Under the pieces are notes generated by a model that saw only the letters and a list, made by a program, of their open reading frames with translations, did no database searches and was not told the DNA's origin. 64,000 nt of DNA from Eubacteriales bacterium (lineage in GTDB: Bacteria; Bacillota; Clostridia; Oscillospirales; CAG-272): the NCBI GenBank assembly GCA_045533505.1, contig JAZSHY010000010.1:11952-75951 (forward strand), given 5' to 3'. The position numbers and the translations under genes are program-made. Positions 63,919-64,000 of the stretch are shown here, piece after piece (position 1 is the stretch's first letter; the number at the start of each line of letters is the position of its first letter).

Positions 63919-64000
63919 TCAACCGATAAGATTTTCTTTTCTCATAAGCGAGAGCAAGGTCTCGCGATGTGCCTCCTCCATCGGCGTCAGGGGCAGACGG
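63919..64000 (-). CDS. dapA: 4-hydroxy-tetrahydrodipicolinate synthase, 3' end only
   Basis: Hand translation RLPLTPMEEAHRETLLSLMRKENLIG*; the RLPL motif and position before dapB fit. Confidence 0.75.
   Translation of the reverse strand, partial: RLPLTPMEEAHRETLLSLMRKENLIG

Overview
Gene-dense housekeeping region of a Bacillota (Clostridia-like) chromosome, judged from gene order, the T-box, MecA, an ECF S component and sigma-A promoters. Minus strand: a Re-citrate synthase/GntR/aconitase operon, a large CBM9/DOMON-type lipoprotein, the str operon (rpsL-rpsG-fusA-tuf) and rpoBC, with an AraC gene on the plus strand between rpoC and rpsL. Also present: a Leu T-box-controlled leuA-ilvBNCD-leuCDB-DUF815-ilvA-ridA operon, ilvE, ddh, tRNA-Arg(CCG), tRNA-modification genes (queG-like, tsaE, tsaB, ttcA, tcdA), cysS, ftsK, ligA, proS and dapA(3' end)-dapB-lysA. 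I see no mobile element, CRISPR array, prophage or defence island, and no unmistakable new multi-gene system. Best leads: (1) an intact but catalytically degenerate BirA-fold paralog behind proS; (2) RNA polymerase substitutions in normally near-invariant motifs (beta GEMEGWALR, beta-prime bridge helix) plus S12 K88R; (3) an uncharacterised DUF815 AAA+ ATPase inside the branched-chain amino acid operon; (4) non-coding signals: a 24-bp operator palindrome, a long rpsL-rpsG spacer, doubled -10 promoters and a 28-nt purine-pyrimidine alternation. All product calls come from motif recognition by eye; no database searches were run.
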